DNA of 34,537 nt from Octopus bimaculoides (GCF_001194135.2 NC_068985.1:125823267-125857803), one strand, 5' to 3'. Shown: positions 1-11,198, numbered from the stretch's first letter. Notes: generated by a model not told the origin, from the letters alone. Numbers and translations: made by a program.

Positions 1-15
1 ACAGCCACAGCCATC

Positions 16-18
<3 letters not shown>

Positions 19-49
<31 letters not shown>

Positions 50-172
50 TGTATGTATGTATGTATGTATGGGTGGGTGGATGGATGGATGCATGCATGC
101 ATGCATGCATGATAGATAGATAGATGACTAACTAACTAGTTACATAGGTAGCTAGACAGAGACAGACAGACG

Positions 173-255
<83 letters not shown>
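19..255. repeat. Compound tetranucleotide microsatellite (GTAT/GGGT/GGAT/GCAT/GATA/GACA/GATA)
   Basis: Tandem 4-mers read directly from the sequence. Confidence 0.97.
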
Positions 256-620
256 GTGAATTAATAACTAGTTATTTTGAGACGTAAATTTCCAAGAGTC
301 GCCATAGGTTGCTTGTAGGAAATTAAATGTGAGGACACGAACAGAATGTGAGATTGTCATAAACGGGATGTAGATGGGTGTGACGTAGAGAGAAATTATA
401 TCCGGGTCATGCAAATCAATGCGCAGAACCAATTAGTTATCAGATGAAGAGTCATCTTTTGTGTGAATGGAAAACATCACAAAATTGCATTCATTGACTC
501 TTTATTAAAGCAAACACTGAGAGAAGCGATAGGTTGTACTATTGCATAATTAAAGTGATATAATATGTCGCGTACTTGCTTGATTGCGAACAGAGACGCA
601 GATAAAGGAAAACGTACATA

Positions 621-766
<146 letters not shown>

Positions 767-774
767 TATATTCA

Positions 775-1215
775 TAGAGTATACAGAAAATATGACTGAC
801 TTCGAAGGTTCGTCTGCTCGATGTGGAAAAAATGTTATCTGCTTATGATCTCGTAAAGCGGCTCTCAATTTCTGAGATAGAGAGAACCAGAGCTCTTAAG
901 GCATTAGAAGAATCAGCCGAGAAGGGTTCAAATTGGATCTGGTCCGGAAGGAATGGCAGAGAATTTCAACAGGCATAATTAAACCTACAATCAGCTAATG
1001 TTTTCGATTAAACTGGTTACAACACCCTTGAATCTGGGACACTTTGACCATCAAGAAGATTTGCAAGGTGGACAATAGCACAAAACGAGGCAGCAAAATG
1101 AGGCGTCATGTGCAGGATGCTGCCCGGCCCCTCAAAGTGTAAAGTGTTAAGAGCTGAAACTCCTGCATGGGGTGAAGCTTCTTCTCTGAAGGCCCTCTGC
1201 TATTCAGCTCTCCCT
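775..1215 (+). mobile_element. 3' fragment of an RLE-type non-LTR retrotransposon (Hero-like): ORF C-terminus plus 3' UTR
   Basis: 838-978 translates SAYDLVKRLSISEIERTRALKALEESAEKGSNWIWSGRNGREFQQA*. This fits the Hero/NeSL-type C-terminal pattern (L..L.I...R.RA.K..E.AE..S.W.W) as I recall it. The clade name is an inference. Confidence 0.6.
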
Positions 1216-1402
1216 AGAATTTCCTAATATCATATGAAAAGATGAAAATGACGTAAAGAAATATATTATATAGAAAATAAAATGCTTTAAAATCCTAGTC
1301 GTATTTTATTTTTTTAATAGATCTATTACTTATCTATTAATAAATCTATTAATCTATTAAATCTATTAATAAATCTATTTATTATCTAATAAATATTAAT
1401 TC

Positions 1403-1812
1403 TCGTTCGGCTGTCCGTCTTAGATCGACATTGACTGTACTTGTTCAGCAATCATCTCTTGATCTGCAGCAGCAATGAAACTTCAGGGGAAGTTCCTTGA
1501 TGCAACGGAGAGATGATGCTTCTCGTCTGCTTTTTCGTATTCTTTCTGTTATTCCTTCTCAATGGCTGGAACTATGAGCTTCAGTGTCTAATGGCATTCA
1601 ACGCACCGCAGGGTCTTCTCCTCCTAGATGTCTGAGGAGACGCCGGAGTTCTTCATATGTCCGTTCAGCACATCCCTGTATCGCAATCTCCAGTCACAAC
1701 TGCTTTGCCTACCCTGGCACAATTCAGCTTAAAAGCCTGCTTTTAAGAGCCTGTCGCCTTCCTGCAAACATGTCCAGCGCAGCTACTATGAGGTAATGAG
1801 GGCCTCCACATC
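1403..1812 (-). mobile_element. RTE-clade LINE, degraded ORF C-terminus
   Basis: Minus strand reads LRWTCLQEGDRLLKAGF*AELCQGRQSSCDWRLRYRDVLNGHMKNSGVSSDI*EEK. This matches the RTE motif LRW.GHV.RM...RLPK..FY.EL..G.R..G..RLRYKD.LK. A degenerate AT-rich tandem tract at 1316-1400 lies at its 3' side. Confidence 0.75.
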
Positions 1813-2439
1813 TATATTTAATTTTAATTTCATTTATACTTTATTCTGTTTGCATTCATATTTATTTCTACTATTTACAGAGGAAAATGTATATTCCACT
1901 TATTGCATTCCTTAGTTACGATCAATTATAGTAACTCATTATTTTCCACCAACATCAATTATAAAAGCTTAACATTTCTTACAAGCGCTATCTATGAAAT
2001 CATGAAAATTTTCCAACATTATTAATTAGAAAATCAGGAATATCTTTAAAAAGAGAAACTGATTTATTACATACACATTATATCAGGAGTAAAAAAAAAT
2101 TATCATAGAATGTTCAACATACAGAACTTTAGCATTTTTTCATTATGTATATAAATAAAAGTGAAATTCTGTCTGTCCAGGACCCCTGAATCTCACTCTA
2201 CATCTGCTCAATATAGACATATTACATCTTTTTAGAATCAGGATGACCCAGGGATTGAAGATCTGACTTTCATTTGGTTCTTGAACATCCAGCATTGGGA
2301 TCTGATGGAAGAGTATTTGGGCTGCTATTTCTAGCAGGTAAAGCGACTGTGAGAGGTCGCAAACGGCTTACAAGAGTTATCCCTGAGTTATAATATCAAA
2401 CGCGACATTCTGTATTAGAAAGCTGACCAAAACTTTTTG

Positions 2440-2625
2440 AATTTAATATCAAAATTTTGTGACAGTTAACTTCGTTACCGACAATAATACAATTAACAAG
2501 AGACAAGGACAGGCATTCAAAATTGTTAGACCTCACCACAGTGCTTTTCCCATGATCAGCTCTATGTTCGTTGTTTCAGAGTTGGAAATGGCAGCAATCT
2601 CTTCGTACTAACACCAAATGTCACA
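2440..2625 (+). mobile_element. Helitron RepHel (PIF1-like helicase) C-terminal fragment
   Basis: TINKRQGQAFKIV from 2489, then after a frameshift CFSHDQLYVRCFRVGNGSNLFVLTPN. These are the PIF1/Helitron motifs TINKSQGQ and CFSHGQLYVACSRVG. Confidence 0.85.
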
Positions 2626-3506
2626 GTGGTACGAATTTCGCCAAATGTGATACTCTGTAATACAAATCTGAGGTGGTAGGATATCAATATATGTTTTATT
2701 ATTATTGCGCAAGAACCAGCTTAAAAGTCTGCATGGAGCTCGGCTTTTTGGATCCTAGAAAATAAGAATATAACGTTTGTTCTATGACATAAGATTCGCC
2801 TTCGTTCGCTGCCTTAGCCTTCATAATTGAAAAATTAAATCAAAAGATTCACAGCTAAGGGTGTTACACGAGGAACTGTCATCTAATGACGTCCTAATAT
2901 TTTGTTTGAGGCTGTTAAGATGTTATTTGGAGAATGTTTCACTGCTTTTCCTAGCTTGTTCAGGCACCCTCGTTAGTAGAGCGTCTGCACTGTTCATTTT
3001 GCGTGTAAGTAATTAATAATGTTTGTTTTGCTTGTCGTCTTTTAATGTGCACACTGTTCCAGGCGGTAAAACTTTAAAAGTGTTTATTTATTTAATAAAT
3101 CTTGTATTTTTTGCTTTGGTTATATGTAAGTGAGAGACTGTGTAGGCGTGGGGTTATGTTTTTCATTTTATTTCTTGCTGTTTGATATAGTATTTTGTTG
3201 CTTATGAATTTTTTCTATCCGAGTAAGAGGAAAACGAATGTTTTGCATGTAACTACGTGTGCCTTTGTCAGTGTTTTTAGTGTGTGTTAGTGCGTTGGTG
3301 TTATTATATAAGTTTGTATGTCTGCGAGTGTTGGTCTGTGTCTTATTGAGTATGTAGGCGTGAGTTAGCGAGTGGGTGGTACTACGTGTTAGTACACGTA
3401 ATTTTGCAGCAGATGCTGGAGATCTAAGAATGTTAATTGTCATCGTGACTTTTATTTGTGTTACGATGAAGAAATATTATTACCCTATTGATAATATAAA
3501 TTGCAG

Positions 3507-3509
<3 letters not shown>

Positions 3510-3550
<41 letters not shown>

Positions 3551-3762
3551 TACACACACGCACGCAGACTCGCATACACGCACACACTCTCACAATCACA
3601 AACATACATACGTATATGCATACGTACATACATACATATGTAACCTGTATGAATCGTTTGTGCATTCAAATGTCTGTGTATGTGTGTGTGGGTGGGTGTG
3701 CGTGCTTGCGTGTGCGCGCCTGCGTGTGTGTGTGTGTGAGTAAGAGAGAGAGTGTGTGTATG
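3510..3762. repeat. Compound (CA)n/(TACA)n/(TG)n microsatellite
   Basis: Direct inspection. Confidence 0.95.
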
Positions 3763-4130
3763 TAGCATATTTCAGCTTCTACTCTTTATTTGTTGTACGC
3801 CTCTACATACATTGCCACCAGGCAATTGTTTTACCTTCTCCTGAAACAGAGGTAATTTCAGTAATTCAAGAATTTATCTTGTATGCTATGTAATAACCCT
3901 TATTTGTCTTTATTGTTCAAAACACCTGACACTTATTACTCTATTTTATTTCATTAGGCTCACTTTTCTTTTCATTTATACTAATTTTCTAAGGTTATCA
4001 ATACTTTCAACTCATTTGTTTTTTTTTTTGTTTTTTTGTACTATCTAGTATATTTTTCTGTCGGATGCAGATTACGAAAACCACTTTTATGATGACATCT
4101 ATCAAGGCACAAATATTTGTATCCATAGCG

Positions 4131-4352
4131 CAGGGGTTCTCAACCATCTTTTATCTATGGACCCCTTTGATTACTATTTTATTCTGATGGACCCCCACAG
4201 TCATTCGATGTTCAGAAACAAATTATATAGAAACCTCATTCAAAATTTCCTGTTTTTGTTTTTCACACATTAAGTTGTGCAGGTTGAGCTATGTAAAATG
4301 CTAGAGAAAGAAACCTAGTTGTTTGTTGCAATTCATACCAATATATACATCT
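4131..4352 (+). mobile_element. hAT (Charlie/Buster-type) element, one end only
   Basis: Begins CAGGGGTTCTCAACC, a Charlie/Buster-type TIR. The preceding 8 bp, CCATAGCG, fit the NNNTANNN target preference. No matching TIR was found; the right boundary is approximate. Confidence 0.6.
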
Positions 4353-4490
4353 GTTATATCCTTACACATCCACTATCGTAGTACGGTTGATATTGTCGAT
4401 AGTAAATGAAGAATTCACTGTAATAGTGTTATAACAAAACAAATAGAAACAGCGGCAGTAACAAATATGCAACGAACTAACAATCTTTCA

Positions 4491-4665
4491 CCAACGAACC
4501 GACTACAACGTTGGGGTGTAATATTACTAAAATACAATTTCAAAATGCATATATTCCATCGAAAATATTGGTCATGATGACTGTCTATGGAGATTAATTC
4601 CCCAAAATACGGAATCACTAGAAGATAACGTGATAGCTGCATTGCAGGCAGAAAATGAAATAAAA
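4491..4665 (+). mobile_element. Gypsy LTR retrotransposon RNase H C-terminal fragment
   Basis: TNRLQRWGVILLKYNFKM, then after frameshifts IGHDDCLWRLIPQNTESLEDNVIAAL. This matches Gypsy RLQRW..IL..Y.F...Y.....GHAD.LSRL. Confidence 0.8.
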
Positions 4666-4841
4666 TGTATTATGATTACTAATTGTATGCTGTCAACTTA
4701 ATGTGACAGTCCCCTGAAGGGAATAATACTACTGTTGGTTAGACCTAGGAAGCTGGACCGCTTCCTGTCGGCCTTGACACATTTCCTGTGTCCTTATGCT
4801 TACAAGGGGGAGACAAACACCTCCACCCAGCTAAGCCTGCA

Positions 4842-4884
4842 TCCAGAGACATGTTTCTGAGTCTTTGCTCGTCATCAGTCTGGA
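4842..4884 (-). ncRNA. Minimal type I hammerhead ribozyme motif (Penelope-type), probably degenerate
   Basis: Minus strand: TCCAGA-CTGATGA-CGAG CAAAGA CTCA-GAAAC AT GTC-TCTGGA. Stem I is a perfect 6 bp, both core boxes are intact, stem III is the palindrome ACATGT, and the cleavage triplet is GUC. The 10.1/11.1 position is a C.A mismatch. Confidence 0.75.
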
Positions 4885-4971
4885 GTAGCATGACCTGCTA
4901 GTCGAAGATGCCTGTCAAGCTCTTGTAAACATATAATAATTCTAGTGAAATACATTCACTGATTTCAAATT

Positions 4972-5026
4972 TAGAAATAATATATTTCTAAATCTCTCAG
5001 AGAGATTTAGAAATGTATTATTTCTA
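4972..5026. repeat. 55-bp near-perfect palindrome (27-bp arms, 1-nt spacer, 1 mismatch)
   Basis: TAGAAATAATATATTTCTAAATCTCTC-A-GAGAGATTTAGAAATGTATTATTTCTA. Confidence 0.95.
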
Positions 5027-5038
5027 TATTATGATTAC

Positions 5039-5239
5039 TGTTATCCAATAACTGCCAGTAATCGTACAGGATATAAGAATGAAGATATTTCCGACACACT
5101 AACTCGAACTGTAAACTGTATCTGGACTTCGAAGACCAAACTACGAACGGCCGACTACCTCAGGTCCCTGTTATTTATATGTAGGGGTCCTCTCTATTCT
5201 TGTTAAAGAGTGTCGTACTCTCGCCACATCTCCCCTTTT
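5039..5239 (-). mobile_element. Gypsy polypurine tract and putative 3' LTR
   Basis: On the minus strand, downstream of the integrase, AAAAGGGGAGA (5229-5239) is followed immediately by TGTGGCG (from 5228). A candidate LTR end TAACA lies at 5039, and there is an internal TATAAAT. The far boundary is tentative. Confidence 0.55.
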
Positions 5240-5299
5240 GGAATTTCAAGTTCCGAAGGGATAAAGAAATTTTATCTATTATTATTATTATTATTATTG

Positions 5300-5896
5300 T
5301 TATTATTATTATGTATCTTTTTCGTTTAGGCCTTATCTCAAGTTGTTCGATCTGCTTCCATTTTCTCATGCTGTTTCTTCGAGACTCCATTACTTTCGGT
5401 GCTGGGACATCGGTGCTGGGACGTCAAAAAGTACTTCCATAGAAATTTCTCTCCGTTCTTCTGTATGTCTCTTCTTTAGCTGATTTATGTGTCTCCCATG
5501 TTCCCAGCGTGTTCCTTTAATTTGATACATCATACTTCTTATTTTTTCGTTACAAGGCCATCCTCCCAGCCTCCTCTACGATTTCTGTAGGTTTTAACAT
5601 GCCCTTTATTTCTTACTTCGAAATATTTCGTTGCATCTTTCCTATTTCGTTTCGATTTTTTTCGTCTCGCGAACATCAACTCTGCGGATAACTTTGCTGA
5701 ATATGTACTTGGATTAGGGGTTACTCTATATACCCTTAAGAATTTTGTTAGCGCTTCGTCGTTACTTAATTTGTTTCCAGCTTTTCTGAACGCTCTTTTG
5801 GACATGTCCATGAATCTTTCTACCTGTTCATTTGACCTCAGGTGGTAGGGTGGAGTGAAAATATGCTTTATCGTATGCATTTTACAGAAGTTCTTG
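5300..5896 (-). mobile_element. Gypsy integrase core and C-terminus fragment
   Basis: ORF 5539-5880: KNFCKMHTIKHIFTPPYHLRSNEQVERFMDMSKRA...FLRVYRVTPNP...SAELMFAR. These are the rve motifs TPPYHPxSNGQxER and YRxTP. It continues as MMYQIKGTRWEHGRHINQLKKR. Confidence 0.88.
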
Positions 5897-7024
5897 GGGA
5901 TTCTTCGACTTGGCTATTTTATACTCCACTTGATATGAAGCCATCAGCAGTGGTTTGTCAGCAGTTACAAAACCTAATTTTGGAAGGGTTGCTCGAGAAT
6001 CAAAACGGGTTCTTCTAGCTTTTCAACGGGCTCTTCAACATCGTGGCCTACAGCATCGGCTCCACCATGCTGGTTGATAAAGTGTTCTAGCAGCTTAGAC
6101 GGTTTCACATTTGTGTTGGAAAATACAGTGTCACAAAGTATGCACTGTGGCGTTTGCAAATCCTCAGTTTTTCCCGTGCAAGTCAAACCAAAATGCACAT
6201 AGTCATCATTCCCTTTCCCTTTTTTTTTCTTTTTGATGTGATGAAGAGTTAATATCATTAAATTAGGATCTAAAAAAGGAAATAAAAATATGATGGATAA
6301 GGTCAACTGGAAGAAAAACGGGAAATCTAACGCACTGATAATGATACTATTAAATCCAAGAATAAGTATAATAATAATACTATTAATAAAAAGACAAAAA
6401 ACTGCTGGCTTCTAATTCCTTAATCTAACGGGCTAGACTAGCTTAATTTGAACACACAAAAAATGGTTAAAAAGAGCTCACAATTATATAATATTCAAAT
6501 TGATATGACAACATTAATTTCACGTCTTAATATATTTTCACAATTAACAGGTCTTTAATAAAGATACCTTTTTCACAAAATGAACACATAACAAAGTTAT
6601 CGTAATCAGCCGTATAGGTAAATAAATTTTTAAAAAGTTGTGAAGCAATGTTCACGACTGAATTTATGATAACTGTTATTTGCAAATCACATTGTAAATG
6701 TAATTTTCTCAATCATGTGTGATCAAAGGCATTCGATAGGCTGTACTTTCACGACAATCGCTTTTCGCACTTTGCTATTGTTAGCTGCAAATCGATTTGC
6801 CAATGTATTTTTCTGGAGACAGCCAGATATCAGGATATATTATTTCCTCCTTTTCTTGACAAAATATTTACGTTTTCTCTTACAGTTTGTTGCAAGAGAG
6901 AACGGAAAATTACAGGAGAGTTTTATACAAATTAAGTGCCTGGTTGCAAGGCTGGACACTAGCACCACCTGGAATGCTGTCTCGCATTCCTTGGGGATAC
7001 GAGTACCCTGGTTGGGAAACACTA
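5897..7024 (-). mobile_element. hAT/Buster (ZBED5/Charlie-like) transposon 5' part: TIR, leader and BED-finger N-terminus
   Basis: TIR at 7010-7024 reads TAGTGTTTCCCAACC on the minus strand, with outer flank GTCTAAGA (NNNTANNN). ORF 5974-6306 encodes DDYVHFGLTCTG...PQCILCDTVFSNTNVKPSKLLEHF, a Buster zinc finger. It continues as ASYQVEYKIAKSKNP, resembling ASY.VA..IAK.KKPH. Confidence 0.8.
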
Positions 7025-7177
7025 GTCTAAGAGGAACATTAGGCGATTGGAGCTCAATTTCTTTAAAAGCAAGTGAAACTATTTATACGATTTTAAATAT
7101 CGTATAATTGTGGCAAACAACAACTTAAATGTTTATGGGCTTTTACAGTTTTTAATGATCAAACGTTTCCAGGAATG

Positions 7178-7323
7178 GGTAAGTAGTTTGCTTATCAGCC
7201 ACATGGTTCCGAGTTCAGTCCCGATGCGTGGTACCTTGGGAAAGTGTCTTTTACTATAGACTCGGGCCGATCAAAGCCTTGAGAGTGAATTTGGTAGACG
7301 GAAACTGAAAGAAGCCCGTTGTG

Positions 7324-7362
<39 letters not shown>

Positions 7363-7503
7363 GTGTGTACGCGCGCGTGTATGTTTGTGTGTCTGTGTGT
7401 GTCACCCCACCATCGCTTGACAACTGATCCTCGTGTGTTTACGTCCCCTAACTTAGCGGTTCGGCAAAAGTGACCGATAGAATAAGTACTTGGTTTACAA
7501 AGT
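7178..7503 (+). mobile_element. tRNA-derived SINE family A (5'- and 3'-truncated) with internal microsatellite
   Basis: Colinear with the copies at 13330, 17540 and 20715; B-box-like GAGTTCAGTCC. Confidence 0.85.
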
Positions 7504-7539
7504 GTAGCAAACTGATAAGAGGCGGAGAGAGAACGTAAG

Positions 7540-9990
7540 TTCGTTTGCCCGAACATGAGAAATTATTGACTCCAAGTCTCAACAAGAAACCTCAAAATAC
7601 AAGTTAGAAGTTTATGTTGTGTCATGCGTAGGGTGTCATAGATTTGGTTTTGTACATAGTATTGTTCGAGAGAATGTTTAAGAAAACATAAGAAAATTAT
7701 GAATTTGTTTTTAAAATTTGAGATTACATAGACAGTATTTTACGTACGATACGGGCAGTTCCTATGAGAACTATCTTTTGAATTTCTGCCATTTTGGAGT
7801 TTCCTGGCATCTGAGCTAGGTAGCAATCAGCCCCTTTTGCTATCATTCCTAGGGTATCTATGACAACAAGTACTGTTTTAGTTTTGAGGTCCCACATTTT
7901 GCCAAGTTCTGTTTCAAGATTTTATACTTGCTTAGTTTTTGGTAGGCCTTAACAGATACATTTATGTCGATTGGGACAGTCCTATCAACGAGGAGGCATG
8001 ATTTTTGTCTGAAGTCTTTCAATATAATGTCCGGCCTATTCGCATCTGTCTTTCTGTCAGTTTGAATGGTGAAGTTCCAGAGGAGTGAGATGTGATAATT
8101 TCCAAGCACTGGAGGTGGTTTTTGTTCCTACCAGTTTTTATCATGGAGCAGGTCCAGGTTTTTGCAAATTACCCAGCGAATATATTGTGTTGCTCTATCA
8201 TACCTGTGGAGATACACTGTAGGCGCAAGAAAACTGCATATAGAAGCAACATGATCAATGGTTTCATTTTGTTGTTAACATACAGATGTTGGGCTACTGC
8301 CGTTCTTTAATATGTTGGCCTGGTAGTTAATTGTAGGTGGGCATTGATCTTAGGCAGCTATGGTAAACCGTTCTGCTTCTGATTTTAAGCTCGAAGACAC
8401 TAACCATTGATGGGTAAGGACTTTGTGAACATCGGCACTATTAGCTCTCTTTGGGTATTTGCCATTGCGAGGTTTTCCTTGCCATTTATTAGTAACAATA
8501 TCTAAGGTAGCAGTTTTAGCACAGGTTTTCTTACGTTTAGCTTTTTCTGTGCTTGTTTCTAGTGTCTCATTCTGGAATTTGTTGTATTTGGAATTCACTT
8601 AAATATTCCTTTGCCTGTATTGTTACTGAGTATGATATTTTTTTGTTTTCATGCTTTGAGACAAGTTTTAACATCCAGTCATCAGAGTGTTTAGACCAAT
8701 TGTGGCAATCTTCATTATTAATTCCAGTTGTAGACGTCCACGGCCACCTTCTTTTCTTGGCAGGTAAAGTCGTTCTATATCTGCCTTAGGATGATGATTT
8801 TTATGCATTGTCAACATTTTTCCTATTCTTCTGTCAAGATTACATATTTCAGTAATTGACCAGCTAATAATAATGAAACTGTAAGTCACGACCGGAATGG
8901 CTAAATTATTGATCGCATTCATCCTGTTTCTTGCATTCAGCTCTTTCTTGAGTATCGCCCCTACCCTACGATAACAGTATCTTCTGATCCTTTCCCTCAT
9001 CACTGAATGCTTGATTCCGCCCCCTTTAAATACTCCTATGTATTTGTAGCTCTCCGCTGGTTCTAATTCCTTTATGACATTCGGTCAAGATTAACATTGG
9101 ATGTTTCTTTCAGTTTTCCTTTGATAAAGGTAGCTTCTGCACAATTATCGAGTCCAAACTGCATCCTGATGCCATCACTGAATTGTTTAACAATCGCTAG
9201 TAAGCCCTGTAGTTGTTGGTCATTTTTTGCAAAGGGCTTTAAATCATCCATGTAAATGAAATGATTTATATTTTTATCAAACATTCTATAACCGTATTGT
9301 ACATTATTGAGCAATCTCGAGAGAGGTATTAAGGCTAGACAAAAGAGGAGTGGTGATAGAGAGTCACCCTGGAAAATGCCACATGAAATTCTTACATCTC
9401 CAGCATTAAGCGATTTATTGTCACTGTTCAAAGTCAGTGTGGTTCTCCATGATATCATACTTACAGACAAGAAGTTTCACAGAGTAGGTGCTATTTTATA
9501 CATTTCAAGACGTTTCTTAATCCAGCTATGTAGTTGACTATCAAAAGCTTTTTTACAGTCTATCCAGGCTATTGACAAGCTTTTGTGTCGTTTGTGACAA
9601 TCTTCCAATATCATCTTATTGATGAGTAGCTGATCTTTACAACTATAGGTATATTCAGTCAAGACAGATATTAGCATTTTATACATTGTTAAGCAGGTTA
9701 TGGGTCTATAATTTTTGGTTCATTTGTTAACTCATTTCTTGGAAATAGGAAAGTTACACCATTAACTGACCCAAGTGGGTATCATACTAGGTTGTTGCAA
9801 AACATAGTTGTAAAGTTTTGTTGGCAGTTCATGGCTCTCTGGAAAGGTTTTTAACCAGAAGTTAGGAATTTTATCCTTTCCTGGAGACTTCCATCTGCTT
9901 GACCTCCTGAGAGCAGTTGTTACATCCTCTACCTTGATAGCCTCCCACCTTTGCTCTTTTAAAGGGTTCAGTTGTGTCGCCAAGTATACC
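7540..9990 (-). mobile_element. R4/Dong-like non-LTR retrotransposon, 5'-truncated and decayed (RT, thumb, CCHC region, RLE endonuclease)
   Basis: WKSPGKDKIPNFWLK (9762-10136 ORF); IAWIDCKKAFDS (9477-9686); GIFQGDSLSPLLFCLAL and YMDDLK (9072-9470); LYLPRKEGGRG (8668-9003); ANRPDIILKD...VPIDINV...KLSKYK, the PD-(D/E)xK RLE (7858-8109). The ORF stops near 7724. Confidence 0.93.
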
Positions 9991-9991
9991 G

Positions 9992-10001
9992 TCCTTGCTC
10001 T

Positions 10002-10034
<33 letters not shown>

Positions 10035-10102
10035 TACACACACACACATATANNNNNNNNNNNNNNNNNNNNNNNNNNNNNNNNNNNNNNNNNNNNNNNN
10101 NN

Positions 10103-10138
<36 letters not shown>
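9992..10138. repeat. (CA)n microsatellite spanning a 50-N assembly gap (10053-10102)
   Basis: Direct inspection. Confidence 0.95.
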
Positions 10139-10139
10139 G

Positions 10140-11198
10140 CGAGGTGGTGCTGAAAATTTCCTAGCTTTAAGTTGATCGTGAGAGGGTAGAACTGTTTCCT
10201 TTACAGGGTGTGGGTAGGACAACTATTTAGCGGAAGATATACAAAAAACCACGATGGTATATAATATATTTTTCCTTTTTTTACAAAGTTAACGCATGAT
10301 GGCAACTCATACAGTGGAGTTTGGTAAAATTGAAGTAGGGGCGATCATGCAGTTCCTCTTTTTGCAAAACAAAGAGAGGACGAAATCCATGCCGAAATGG
10401 ATGAAGTCTTCAAGGATGGCTGCCCATCCTACCTCACTTTAAAATCTAGAAATCAAGGTTTCAAACTGGTCATTTCGAGGTCACAGATGAACTGCAGTCA
10501 GGACGGCCAACTTCCGCGACCACAGAGGACAAAGGTAGCTTTGTGCACGTCATGAATCTCGAGGATCGCGGCATTTCAGCTAAAGATTGCAGTATTTCAG
10601 CAACTCTTTCATGCGAAAGAGTTGGAACATCAGCCACAATATTCTGGACATTAGAAAAGTGACAGCCCAAATGCCTGAACGCAGATCAGAAGCATATCAG
10701 AGTGACGACAACAAAGGCAATTTTGGACTGGTTTGAAGAGAGAGAAGTTGATTTATAGCTCGTTTAACCATCATGGATGAAACTTGGCATCATAGTTATG
10801 ATTCCCATACCAAACAGCAATCAATGGAATGGTGCCACAGCGGCTCACTGCATCCCAAGAAGTTTCGGACCCAGAAGTCAGCTGGAAGGATTCTGACTTC
10901 ACTGTTCTGGGACAAAGATGGAGTACACCCGACTTAATTTCCTGACTTGGCCCTTTCCGACTATCACTTCTTTCCACAACTAAAGAAACTTCTCAAGAGA
11001 ACGAAATTTCACTGAGATTCGCAAGTGATCGCTGCTACAAGGGCCTGATTGGCGGCCTTTGTAGCAGAGCTTAGAAAAACTAAAGGCCCTCTGTAAGAAG
11101 CGCTTGAATGTCAGAGGGGAATATACTAAAATCATAATTAACTGAACCTCATGTGTTTACTTTTACCCAAAGCCAGGAAATTTTCAGCACCTTCTCTG
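10140..11198 (+). mobile_element. Mariner transposon, internally deleted
   Basis: TIR core GGTGCTGAAAATTTCCT(A/G)GCTTT occurs at 10146-10168 and inverted at 11169-11191, with TA after 11198. Transposase remnants are MDETWHHSYD (10773), FWDKDGV and PDLALSDYHFFPQLK (10941). The HDNA segment is missing. Confidence 0.88.

Noticed and set aside
409-416. Octamer motif ATGCAAAT as a regulatory site
   Set aside because: A few occurrences are expected by chance in 34 kb of AT-rich DNA.
4131-7024. Composite hAT transposon bounded by the two Buster-type TIRs and carrying Gypsy and ribozyme cargo
   Set aside because: The outer 8-bp flanks differ (CCATAGCG versus GTCTAAGA) and the TIRs differ at several positions, so these are independent elements.
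7540-10138. Microsatellite-targeted insertion of the R4/Dong-like element
   Set aside because: Only the truncated 5' end abuts (CA)n, the 3' junction does not, and such arrays occur every 1-2 kb here.
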